Assembly (NCBI GenBank): GCA_015680685.1 | Contig: MNCI01002829.1 | Location: forward strand, 1-64,000 | Direction of reading: 5' to 3' | DNA from: Gnetum montanum | Lineage: Eukaryota > Plantae > Gnetophyta | DNA length: 64,000 bases | Shown here: in pieces, positions 46,285 to 58,800 of the stretch | How positions within the stretch are numbered: the stretch's first letter is position 1 | Layout: every line of letters starts with the position of its first letter | Notes under the pieces: model-generated | Database searches by the model: none | What the model saw: only the letters and a program-made list of their open reading frames with translations | Told to the model about the DNA's origin: nothing | Translations under genes and position numbers: made by a program

Positions 46285-48120
46285 CCAGTCCCTCAACAAG
46301 TTCGAGTGGTATATATTCATCCCAATGAGTATATACTAGACTTCACCTTTATCCTCCATCAAGATGAAAAATTGCGTTGGTGAGACTTAAAAGGTAACAT
46401 AGTGTTACCTCCTGATCGCTCAGTCCCAAGCATGCTTCTTCATGCTCTCACACGAATTAGCATGTCGCACTTACACGTAGAATACATTGTGCAAGACGAT
46501 AACTTGAGAGAATGCCATCCCACAGAGGCACAACATCAAAGGGACTTGCAACAAGAGAGACATCATTAGTCTTTGAAGGGTAAGTGGTCCTAGGATGTCC
46601 CACATGTCTTAATTGAAAATGAGGGTGGTGAACCTACCTCAAGCAATCACCCATACAACGATGTTCCTCCCGTTGACTTTGGCCAAGGGGTTGTGTATCA
46701 GAACCTTCATTCCACTATTCATAACACAGGTTCTGATACCCATGGGAACAAAGGATCTGAAAAAGGGATACAAACTCATGATAAAGGAGGACATTCTAAT
46801 CGCAATCGCGATTTGGGCCAAGATTGCAGAAGAGAAGGTAGCAAACACCGTCATGGTGACGGTTCTCCTTCTTCTTCACCTTCATAATCTCCTTCACCCT
46901 CTCCTTCAGTATCTAGATGTGGTCGTAAAGAAAAAGACCATGGGGATAAAGGTAGGCAAAGTAGAAGTCATAGACAAAGCAACCAAGAAAGAGGACGAGG
47001 GCACTCTAGAGAGTCATGACATAGAAGAAGGGAGAGTAGGGAACAACATAGGCATCATAGATGCCATGGACGAGATAATCACGATGAACCCCTCCTCACT
47101 ACTCGAAGTATGTTGTACATAACTGAGGATGTTAGAATTCCAACAAGGCATCAAAAAGATAGTAGGATCAAGAGATTAGATATGAACAACATCCCACGAT
47201 TTGAAGGGGGATACAACACTGATCCTCAAAATCATTTACAAGCATTCCATGATGTGTGTGCCTTATAGAACATAGAGAATGAATGGCAAAAACTCAAGCT
47301 ATTCCCACGGACATTAGTTAAAGAAGTGGAAAGTTGGTTCCGGTATTTAGAATCGGAATCCATTTGTAAGTGGAGTACTATGTTAGAACTATTTAATGAT
47401 AAGTACCAAATGTACTCTCGAGTATCTAACTTGCAAAAGCAAATTCAAGGCTGGAAACAAGGAGGACATGAACCCTTGGACACTGCCATGGGCTGATACT
47501 ATGCACTATTACATCATTGTCCTGGGCATGGTTATTTGCAAAGAGATCAACTATGCCATCTCGTGGATGAGCTTAAGCATGAAACGAGAAGAACCCTTGG
47601 GACTTATGCCCAAGGGAGACTATTCAAGCTTAGGTCCCATCAAATTCAAAGACTATTGGAGCAAGCTGCTAAGGAAGAAGGTGAGCTACGGAAGAGGGAA
47701 AATGCAGAAGAGTATAATCGAGATCCTTCCCTTCGGAAGAGAGGTGTAAGATTTTGTGAGGATGAAGAAAAGTCACCACTCGAAGAGATGGTAAATAGGA
47801 AAACTTTGCCTATCCAAAAGATGACATCAAAATTTTCAGCAAAGGTAGACCAAATGTGGGATTCCCTAGACAATAGATTTCAAACTATTCTTAAAATATT
47901 AGAGGAGTCTAGAGAGAAAGGTAGTGAGAAAACAAAAAATAAAGAGGCTAAACATGCACGTAACAAGCGTAAAGGCAAAGTTGCCATCATTGAAGAGGTT
48001 GTGGATTGGGAAACAGGCAATGATAGTGGATGTGAGATATGTCAATATGACCATCCTAAGGGATGTTGCCCTATAATATCACATCTGCAGGAGTTTGGGA
48101 TGTATGCACTCAACCCATGA
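46285..48120 (+). pseudogene. gag: gag with long N-terminal extension
   Basis: One frame with only TGA/TAG/TAA point stops; IPRFEG..DPQNHL..F..LKLFPRTL..W..SI.KW..F..KQ..E...LLHHCPGHG (Athila gag core) and CEICQYDHPKGCCP. Confidence 0.85.
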
Positions 48121-48759
48121 TTAAACAAAAGGCAAACACCCCGAAGGCTACCTTATCCTCAAGGTAACCCAAGGTAGTTCCACCAACCCTTAACATATTA
48201 TCCCAGTGGAACTCCATCACAACCAATTGAGTAATATCAACAATGGTAGCATCCACAATCATGGGGAATGCCACCACCAAGGCAATAGTATCCTTACCGG
48301 CAACCTGACCCATATGGATATTATGTGCAACAGTCAATCTTTCCACGTGACTCTACTAGTCACGTCACTCCTCAACCTTACTACCAAGACTACAAGTATT
48401 ATGGGACTCCCTCTTCTAGGGGTGATATTCTGCAAACATATCATCCTTCTCATCCGACCACATCTCTTCCACCAATAGCTCCATCACCACCTACTCCAGC
48501 TATGCAGGTGAAATCCCTACCCAGCCATAGCAACGTAATGCCACAAGGGTTGTTAACTCTTAACCTACTATTGGTTCCAATAACCACATGAAGAAAAAAA
48601 ATTTCTTTAGAACCAATAGACCAACCAAGCCCTTGCAATCACAAGTGGCTGATTCCTTAAACACCTTAGTATCAATAAAAACTTCAAAGCCTCCTTCAAC
48701 TCAACCACCGCACTCAACGCATACGGTCATGCTAACACATGCTGTTACCGATTGGATCA

Positions 48760-51700
48760 AAGATAGCCACCTTCCTAGGAAATTCTTTGATCCTAGGAGT
48801 CCTTTGATATACTTACAAATTGTTGGAAATGTGTCGTGCAAGGCTCTTTTGGATTCAAGTTTTGGTGTCAACTTGATTGCTCAAGAAATGTACAAGGCAT
48901 GGAACCTACCTCCATTGTCTAGAGTTGGTCAACTAGTCCATCACTGTCCCATTGGGACTAGTGGAAGACATTGTTACCATTGTTTGTGGATGGTCGTACC
49001 TAGCTAACTTCCTAGTGATTAAGGTAAATAATGGTAAGGCAGACTTCCCAGTTATAATGGGAAGAGCATGGCTAAGCACCATTGATGCATGCCTAGGAAT
49101 CTGTGATCTTTCCCTAGAAATATTAAAGGAAAATGCATTCGAAAAGATCAAGAAGAAGAAAGTTTCATGCATCGCATACAGTGACACATGGTGTAATTAC
49201 GTGCAGAGGTCATGATTTGTGCAAAGTTTAGCATTGCCTNNNNNNNNNNNNNNNNNNNNNNNNNNNNNNNNNNNNNNNNNNNNNNNNNNNNNNNNNNNNN
49301 NNNNNNNNNNNNNNNNNNNNNNNNNNNNNNNNNNNNNNNNNNNNNNNNNNNNNNNNNNNNNNNNNNNNNNNNNNNNNNNNNNNNNNNNNNNNNNNNNNNN
49401 NNNNNNNNNNNNNNNNNNNNNNNNNNNNNNNNNNNNNNNNNNNNNNNNNNNNNNNNNNNNNNNNNNNNNNNNNNNNNNNNNNNNNNNNNNNNNNNNNNNN
49501 NNNNNNNNNNNNNNNNNNNNNNNNNNNNNNNNNNNNNNNNNNNNNNNNNNNNNNNNNNNNNNNNNNNNNNNNNNNNNNNNNNNNNNNNNNNNNNNNNNNN
49601 NNNNNNNNNNNNNNNNNNNNNNNNNNNNNNNNNNNNNNNNNNNNNNNNNNNNNNNNNNNNNNNNNNNNNNNNNNNNNNNNNNNNNNNNNNNNNNNNNNNN
49701 NNNNNNNNNNNNNNNNNNNNNNNNNNNNNNNNNNNNNNNNNNNNNNNNNNNNNNNNNNNNNNNNNNNNNNNNNNNNNNNNNNNNNNNNNNNNNNNNNNNN
49801 NNNNNNNNNNNNNNNNNNNNNNNNNNNNNNNNNNNNNNNNNNNNNNNNNNNNNNNNNNNNNNNNNNNNNNNNNNNNNNNNNNNNNNNNNNNNNNNNNNNN
49901 NNNNNNNNNNNNNNNNNNNNNNNNNNNNNNNNNNNNNNNNNNNNNNNNNNNNNNNNNNNNNNNNNNNNNNNNNNNNNNNNNNNNNNNNNATCTTCCAACA
50001 GTAGATAGAAAATGGTGTAGAAGTCTTTATGGACAATTTCTCCACCTATGGAGCAGACTTTGATCAAGCCTTGGACCAGTTAGAGCAAGTGTTAAAAAGA
50101 TGTGTAGAAACTAATTTGAGGCTCAACTGGCAGAAAAGCCATTTGATGGTCCAAGAAGGCGTAGTACTAGGGCCACAAAATCTCACAAACAGGGATAGAG
50201 GTAGACCCCAAGAAAAACAAAATTATCCAAGGAATTAGCCGTCAACTGGAAACTGTCAAAGATATTCGGTCATTCCTTGGACATACTGGCTACTATAGGA
50301 GATTTATTGAGAACTTTTCAAAGGTTACCAAATCATTGGTGGAATTACTGAAAAAGGACATACCTTTTGAGTGGACCAAGGAATGCGAATTAGCTTTTCA
50401 AACTCTGAAATAGAAGCTAGTAGAAACACCCATTCTACAAGCTCCTAACTGGTCCAAACCATTTCATATCATGACTGATGCATCCAACTATGCCTTAGGA
50501 GCCATACTTGCACAGTTAGATGATCAAAAGCATCCTTATTACATCCACTGTGCAAGTAGAAGTATCGCTGGTGCACATGTTAACTACACTATCACAGAAA
50601 AAGAATTAATGGCTGTAGTGTTTGCACTAGAAAGGTTTAGACACTTTGTATTAGGATATAAAGTATATATACATATAGATCATAGTGCAATAAGGTTCCT
50701 CATGAATAAGCCAATGGTAAGCCCTCATATCATACAATGGCTTATAATCTTACAAGAGTTTGATCTTACGATGATCGACTGTAAAGGCACTAAGAAGGTA
50801 GTTACTGATCATTTATCTCGGTTGCAATGGAACAATAAAGAGGATGAGTATCCAATTTCTGATTATTTCCCAGATGAATTCCTCTTTACTGGTGTAGTGA
50901 ATAATCAATCACCCATGCAAACAAACTGGTATAATAACATTCTTACCTATCTCCTCACCCAACAAACACCACAAGAGTTAAACCTTAAGAAGAAACAATA
51001 GTTTCTTCACCGAGCCAAGTACTTTACGGAGATCAATGGGAAACTTTACAAAGTGTGTCCCAATGGCTTGGTTCAATGGTGTGTTCCCAATATAGATCAA
51101 CTACAAGTAATCCAAGATGCTCATGAGGGTTCTTATGGGGGTCATTACACTGGGAGACGAATGGCCATCAAGATCCTGCTTGTAGGATATTATTAGCCTA
51201 CATTATTTCAAGATGCCCATCATTTCATCCAATCCTGTAAGTGCTGTCAACATGATGGGAGAATGACTGCTAGAATGGAGGGTCTGCAACAATGGATTCA
51301 ACCATTAGAACCCTTCGACATTTGGGGAATTGATTTTATGGGGCCAATTACACCAATGTCCAATGGAAAAGCTTATATTATTGTTTTTTTGGATTACCTA
51401 ACAAAATGGGCCAAAGCAGCTGCTATTAAAGATTGTACATCATCTACAGCTGCACGATTTGTTCAACAACAAATCATAAATAAGTTTGGTATGTCGCGTG
51501 CACTTATTTCAGACAATGGTACACACTTCACATATGCAACTTTTTGGAAATTAATGCAACGCTTAGGGGTTGAGCATAAATTGACTACACCATACCACCC
51601 CCAAGAAAATGGTGAAGCAGAAGTCACCAATAGGGAGATTACGAAGATATTGACAACAACCATTAGCAAGTTTAGGTGAGACTAGAGCACTAAATTGAAC

Positions 51701-52160
51701 GATGCTCTTTGGGCATACCACTCCACATGGAAACTCCCTACAAGCTACTCCCTATGAGTTAGTGTACAATAAATTACCAATGCTTCCCATTCAAACTGAG
51801 CTCCGTACACTATCCATGACATGTGACCTCAACCTCGACCTTGATCTAGCACAAAAATAACGATTAGTAACCCTTAACTTGCTAGATGAAAATCGATTAG
51901 CTGCCCTATCATCTAATGAATTGCTCAAGGCCTTCAATAAACAATGTCATGACCTAAGAATTAGAAAAGTTAAATATCAGCCAAGAGATAAGGTTCTCTA
52001 CTGGAATCCCACACATGTGCCACAACTTACTAAATTTCAAACACTATGGGAAGGACCTTATATTATTTATGCAACTTTTCCTTCAGGGGCCATGATAATA
52101 TACAAACTTGAGAGCCCAGATAAGAAACTTTTGGTCAACGTGTAATAAATCAAACCTTTC
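48760..52160 (+). pseudogene. pol: pol: protease, RT (partly in gap), RNase H, integrase
   Basis: ALLDSSFGVNLI..VIMGRAWL; VEVFMDNFSTYG; MTDASNYALGAIL..EKELMAVVFAL; WGIDFMGP..LISDNGTHF..YHPQENGEAEVTNREI; WEGPY. Confidence 0.92.
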
Positions 52161-54144
52161 CAGGAGCTTAGGACAACCAGTACACATGCTGCCTCTCTTG
52201 ATAGACAACCCTGCTCACTATTTCGGATCTCCTCCTTCCAACTTAGTTGTGGGGGAGATGACCACATATGCTAACCGTTCTAGCCTCATTTCTTTTTGAA
52301 TTTTTATTTTACACATTTTTGTTTTACACATTCTTTCAACTTTTCTTATTTTTGTTTTACATCATCGTTCATGTTTTTACTATTTCCTTGTTTTCTTGAT
52401 TTACTTTTATTCGCATCTAATAAGTGCTCATGATGGTGGATTGAATTATATCATATTGATTGCTAATATTTGGTTTTTACCTTTGAATTATNNNNNNNNN
52501 NNNNNNNNNNNNNNNNNNNNNNNNNNNNNNNNNNNNNNNNNNNNNNNNNNNNNNNNNNNNNNNNNNNNNNNNNNNNNNNNNNNNNNNNNNNNNNNNNNNN
52601 NNNNNNNNNNNNNNNNNNNNNNNNNNNNNNNNNNNNNNNNNNNNNNNNNNNNNNNNNNNNNNNNNNNNNNNNNNNNNNNNNNNNNNNNNNNNNNNNNNNN
52701 NNNNNNNNNNNNNNNNNNNNNNNNNNNNNNNNNNNNNNNNNNNNNNNNNNNNNNNNNNNNNNNNNNNNNNNNNNNNNNNNNNNNNNNNNNNNNNNNNNNN
52801 NNNNNNNNNNNNNNNNNNNNNNNNNNNNNNNNNNNNNNNNNNNNNNNNNNNNNNNNNNNNNNNNNNNNNNNNNNNNNNNNNNNNNNNNNNNNNNNNNNNN
52901 NNNNNNNNNNNNNNNNNNNNNNNNNNNNNNNNNNNNNNNNNNNNNNNNNNNNNNNNNNNNNNNNNNNNNNNNNNNNNNNNNNNNNNNNNNNNNNNNNNNN
53001 NNNNNNNNNNNNNNNNNNNNNNNNNNNNNNNNNNNNNNNNNNNNNNNNNNNNNNNNNNNNNNNNNNNNNNNNNNNNNNNNNNNNNNNNNNNNNNNNNNNN
53101 NNNNNNNNNNNNNNNNNNNNNNNNNNNNNNNNNNNNNNNNNNNNNNNNNNNNNNNNNNNNNNNNNNNNNNNNNNNNNNNNNNNNNNNNNNNNNNNNNNNN
53201 NNNNNNNNNNNNNNNNNNNNNNNNNNNNNNNNNNNNNNNNNNNNNNNNNNNNNNNNNNNNNNNNNNNNNNNNNNNNNNNNNNNNNNNNNNNNNNNNNNNN
53301 NNNNNNNNNNNNNNNNNNNNNNNNNNNNNNNNNNNNNNNNNNNNNNNNNNNNNNNNNNNNNNNNNNNNNNNNNNNNNNNNNNNNNNNNNNNNNNNNNNNN
53401 NNNNNNNNNNNNNNNNNNNNNNNNNNNNNNNNNNNNNNNNNNNNNNNAACATTGCCATTGTTATTTTTTCCCATCTTTCTTGTTCTTCATATTTTTCCAT
53501 CTTATAGCTACTAGAGGTTCGCTCTTAGTCATGGGGGCGTTGGCACAAATTTTTCAATTTTCTCCATTTTACTATTCGCCTAACCCCTACACCTTGGGTA
53601 GTCACTTGTGATAAATCTCTGAACTAGTTTCTGCCATAACCACAACTCAACCAATGCCCTTCATATCGAGGCAAGGTATCAATTGCATTGTGGTTTATCT
53701 ATCCTTGCTCATTTGTGACTGTGTTGTGTGTGCAGATGGCAATCATACAAACAATGGACTGGGCTTGGAGGAAGCACTCAGGATGGACTAGAATTGGAGC
53801 ATTTATGAAAGGAGTAAGTCTAGTGGCGTGGCTATGGATAAACAACAGAAGGCGCAATCTTAGCATTGGAGGCAACACACTTCATTTTCTTTCTCTCTCT
53901 TTCTCTACAAGCTGCCAATAAAAAGCTTGGATGTCATTTATGTACGAGTGTTCACCATAATGGTCATGAACATTAATGTTGTAATATGCTTATTGATTTG
54001 TTCACTGGGCATGTTGAGTTTGTCATCCCATTCCACCATCAGTTGTCAATTAGTCAATAATCCCATATCTTCCCAATATTTTGTAAAGAACTTGTATCTC
54101 TTCTTCTATACTTGAGGATGAGTTTTCATTCAGTTATGGGGGTA

Positions 54145-55012
54145 TGATGAGAGCANGAGTGGTTACTCTAGCGATTTATTTTAATTATTAAAGTAGTTAC
54201 TCTAGTAGTTTATTCTAATTATTAGAGTGGTTACTCTAGCGGTTTCTTTAGCAGTTGTTCTAATTATTAGAGCGGTTACTCTAATTATTAGAGTAGTTGC
54301 TCCCAAGTCTATAAATATAGTGCCCATGTGCACAATTAGAGAAATCTTTTAGCACTCAAGTAGCAAAACTCTTATAGTCTATTTGAAAGTTAGAGTATTT
54401 TCCAAGTGCTTGCAGCAGGAGGTCTAAGTGTGGACGGATCTTTATGCGAGCATTGTGTACCTGAGCACACCTTGTGTATGGCAATAAAGACGAGCTCTTT
54501 AATTCATCTTTGTAGCACTTGAGATTTGTTTTCTTATGCATTTTTTTATTTTATTATCTTATGCATTTATTTTATTTTATTTTATGCACTTTACATTTAT
54601 GTTATTAGCACAGCAATTCATTTTGATCAATTAAGTACATCGTTAAATTACACAAGCATGACCACTTCGAGCATGCGTGTAATGCTTGGCAACCTAGTAA
54701 CGATTAACGTTTGGTAATCCCAGCAGTGTTGCACTAGTTTAGAATGTGTACGACAAGTGGGAATGGATGCTAGTGTTAGGATTAGTTAGAACTTAGTTAA
54801 TGAGTAGTTAAGTTAAATTAGTCACTTAGTTACCTCTCTGCTTCCCTACTAATGCAGGACATAAAAACATAAAAGCTATAAAAATCATATGCCTCAAGCT
54901 TACTTAACCATACAATCGTGACATACAAGTAAGCTAGGGAAGATAATGATCAACCAACCCATCCTTGTTCGACAAGGGCGCATAAGCACTTAGTCCTTGG
55001 AATTTCTCATCG
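54145..55012 (+). repeat. 3' LTR of copy C (small deletion near the end)
   Basis: Matches the 5' LTR and, inverted, 63097-63700; ends CTCATCG, a variant of the CTCATCA terminus. Confidence 0.8.
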
Positions 55013-55878
55013 TCCCATGGATCCAAAAAATATGTGATGTTTGAGCTTTAATTCCTATACGTGCTACTATTTGTCCATGGGAATAGCCTCCGTTGTTCTC
55101 CTCTTGGCCTCATTTCCTTTTCTTTTAAAAGACCTTCAACCTTAGGGATTCTTTTTAGCATCATCTAAAATCACCAAAGGACCAACATTAGTTTTGATAA
55201 TTTTTCATTAATGATTAACCCTTCCTGAAACCTTACGCTTAATATGATTCCATAATAATGTTTCCCAAGGCTCTAAGGTAACTAGAATCATCAAGTTGTT
55301 CAAGTTATTTTGGTTATTTTTACTATTAGTTACCATAATGTTCAAAAATGGGATGTTAGAAAAATTTCAAAAAGTACATCCTTAACATCCCCACCCCCTA
55401 CACCACCCCATCGATAAATGAGGTTCACTTCAAAAGTGCACAAGTTTTTAAACAATTAAAACTGAAGGTCTAGCTCATAAGATGACTACGAAATATTGAA
55501 TTTGAAGGATATTGTAATAGAAAAGTAGTAAAAATTCATTGAAATTGATGAGAAGTAGTCCTAAAATCATGCATAAATTTATAGAATTCATTAATGATGT
55601 TCTTGAAGATGTGAGGTTTAGTTCAAAGCCATGATCAACAAAAGTTATATAAATGGGTCCCCAAAGTAGGCTCTTGCCATAATGTCCTTGCATAACCCAC
55701 TTCGATAGATGTTTGTGGGCACCTTAAAAGTTAAATGCAAATCTTGCCTTTGTTCCAAACAACACATAGTTGCCTTGGTTGGGATTTTGCACTATACTAT
55801 AAAAAACCATTAGGCTCATAATTGCATGTAGTGATGAGGTGAATAATGGGATGCAAAGGGATTTCAAAGATTAGGATG

Positions 55879-58800
55879 TGAACAAAGAGATGAAATGAAA
55901 TAGATATTTTTATCGAAGTTTACAAAAGATTGCATACAAGGATTTATAGACTAGCCTTATTCCGTATTTCAGGAAACAAACTAAAAAGAAAACCAATCTC
56001 CTAGAAATTAAAAAAATGAAAGCTATAAATTAGGGAAAACAAACTCCACAAAAAACTATAATTAAACCCACAAAATCAAGAATTTACTTGATTTTTTCAA
56101 CACTCCCCTTCAGGCTATAGAATATATATCTATCATTCCTAGCTTGTAAACTAAAGACTCAAAACCCAGTTTTGATAATGCTTTGGTGAGGATATCAGCC
56201 TCTTGATCCTTGGTAGGAATGTAAGCTAGGTTGATTGCTCCCGAGTCAATCTCATGCTTGATAAAGCTTCTATCTATTCTAACATGCTTTATTCGATCAT
56301 GTTCAACTAGGTTGTGAACAATGCTTATTGCTAATTTACTGTCACTGTAGAGCTTTATAGGACCTAAGAATGAAATTTTTAGATCCTTTAGAGGTCTCTC
56401 AATCCAAATAAGCTTACACATTCCTTAAATAATTTCCTAGTACTCTGCTTTAGCATTACTCCTTGTTACAACTAACTATTTCTTACTCCTCCATATCACA
56501 AGATTTCCCCATAATTTCACATAGTATCCAGTTGTGGATTTGCTATCTTCAACTAATCTAGCCCAATCTACATCAACAAAGCCTTCCACCTCTTGAGATT
56601 CACCTTTCTTAAACAAGAGTCCCTTGCCAGGAGATCCCTTTAGATATCTCAGTACATGATTGGTTGCCTCTATATTTCTATTTGTAGGTGAATGCATAAA
56701 TTGATTAATCACACTCACATTGTAGGCAATGTCAAGTTTAGTAAGTGAAAGGTAGATCAGTTTTCCTACCAGACGTTGATACTAATAGTCAACTGGGGAA
56801 TCATTATCTATAACCTTTTATTTCCAATTCCTTTCCAATGGTGTGCTAGTTGATTTACAACCTCTTTTTTCTACCTCTTTAAGAAAATCAAGAGCACACT
56901 TTCTTTGGGTAACAAAGATCCCTTGTTTGCTTTTAGCAATCTCCATACCAAGAAAATACTTGAGGATCCCAAGGTCCTTGACTTGAAATTCATTCTTCAG
57001 TTTAGTCTTCAACTTTGAAATCTCTAAGTCGTCATCACCGGTAATCTCGATATCATCCACATACAGAATGAGAATGGACTTCTTGCCACTCGATGATTTC
57101 ATAGTGAAGATTGTATGATTAGCCTACCCTTGGGTGTATCCAAAACTCTGCAATGCTAAGCTAAATCTTGTGAACCAAGCTCTAAGAGATTGTTTCAAAC
57201 CATATAAGGACTTCTTAAGCTTGCACACTTTGTTTCTTTCCATTTCAAATCCTGGTGGCATCTTCATAAGTACTTCCTCCTCTAAATTTCCATTCAAAAA
57301 AGCATTCTTTACATCCATTTGGTAAAGACCCCATTCAAGATTTACAGCAAGTGACAACAATACCTTGATTGAGTTCATCTTGGCAAAAGGGGCAAATGTT
57401 TCTTCATAGTTAATACGATAAGTCTAGGTGTATCCTTGAGCAACCAAGCAAGCTTTATACCTCTCTATCTCCCCCTTAGGCCTAAACTTCACTATGAATA
57501 TCCACTTGCAACCAATAACTTTCTTCCCACTAAGAAGATCAACTACCTTCCATGTTCCATTCTCTTGAGGTACTCTTATCTCTTCTTCAATAGTTTCTCT
57601 CCATTTTAGATTCTAAAGGGCTCTCTAAATATCTTTTGGAATCTCCACACTATTGAGGTTAGTAACAAATGCCTTGTAATGATGAAACAGATTTGAGTAG
57701 GTTAGCTATCGAGAGATGGGATGTTGGGTATAGGTTCGAACACCTTTCCTGAGAGTAATAGGAAGATCCAAATCATCAAATAATATCATACCTTCTTCCA
57801 TGGTTTCAGGATCCTCCCTTGGTTCAGATAGTTGCATAGTGTGGGAAGTCTCTGGTCTCCTTGAATAAACCATAATTAGTTTAAAGATGCTTGATTCTCC
57901 CCCTTGATTCAATTCATGATCACACTAATTTGAAGGAATTTGTTTGATATGAGGATTGTTTGGTTTGGTTGGAGGTGAAGAATAAGACTTAGATGGAATA
58001 GATATAGGAAGTGAGATAGAGGGATCCCAATGGTCATCTTCACTCATCATCTCCCCCTGAAGAGAACTATTGGGATAAAACATTTAATCTTCCAAAAAAA
58101 TTTACATCATAAGAGACAAAGAATTTTTTGGAAGAGGGGTGAAAGCATCTGTATCCCTTTTGAGATGGAGAGTAGCTAGCAAAGACACACTTAAAGGATT
58201 TGGGATCAAGTTTACTCTTTTCTGGGTGATGATTATAGACATATGCAATGCAACCAAACACTCTAGGAGAAAGAAAGTTAAGAATATGGACATGAGAATA
58301 GGTATCAAGTAGAAAACTGAGAGGAGTTCGAAGATTTAAAGTTTTGGATGGCATTCTATTTATAAGATACGCTACAGTTAACACTGCTTCTCCCTAAAAA
58401 GAGTTTGGAACATGACTAGTGAACATAAGAGCTTAGGCTACCTCTAGTAAATGTCTATTTTTCCTCTTTGCCACTCCATTCTGTTGAGGGATGTATGTAC
58501 AAGGACTTTGATGAAATACTCCATTACAATTTAGGTATTATGTCAAGTCATTTGTGAAATACTCTCTACCATTATCAGTTCTCAAAGTTTGGATATTGGT
58601 TTGGAAGACATTTGAGATATATTTGTGAAATTGTTCAACAATGGATTTTGTTTATGATTTTTCTCTTATGAGATAAACCCAACACACCCTTGTATGATCA
58701 TCAATAAACATGATAAACCACTTAGAGCCTATGAGAGTGGATTGACGAGCGGGACCCCATATGTCACTATGTATAAGATGAAATTGCTTTGACACTTGAT

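Larger units (their letters stand above)
45368..55012 (+). mobile_element. Near-full-length Athila-like Ty3/gypsy (copy C), inactive
   Basis: Direct LTRs starting TGATGAGAG at 45368 and 54145; PPT-like ATGGGGGTA before the 3' LTR; order gag-PR-RT-RH-INT with no extra RNase H or chromodomain; PBS falls in the N-gap; no TSD found. Confidence 0.88.

Noticed and set aside
46729-46743. TCTGATACC resembling a tRNA-Met PBS
   Set aside because: Lies inside the Gag frame with no adjacent LTR end
386-53514. Long ORFs dominated by X residues
   Set aside because: Artefacts of N-gaps; only flanking translated parts were used
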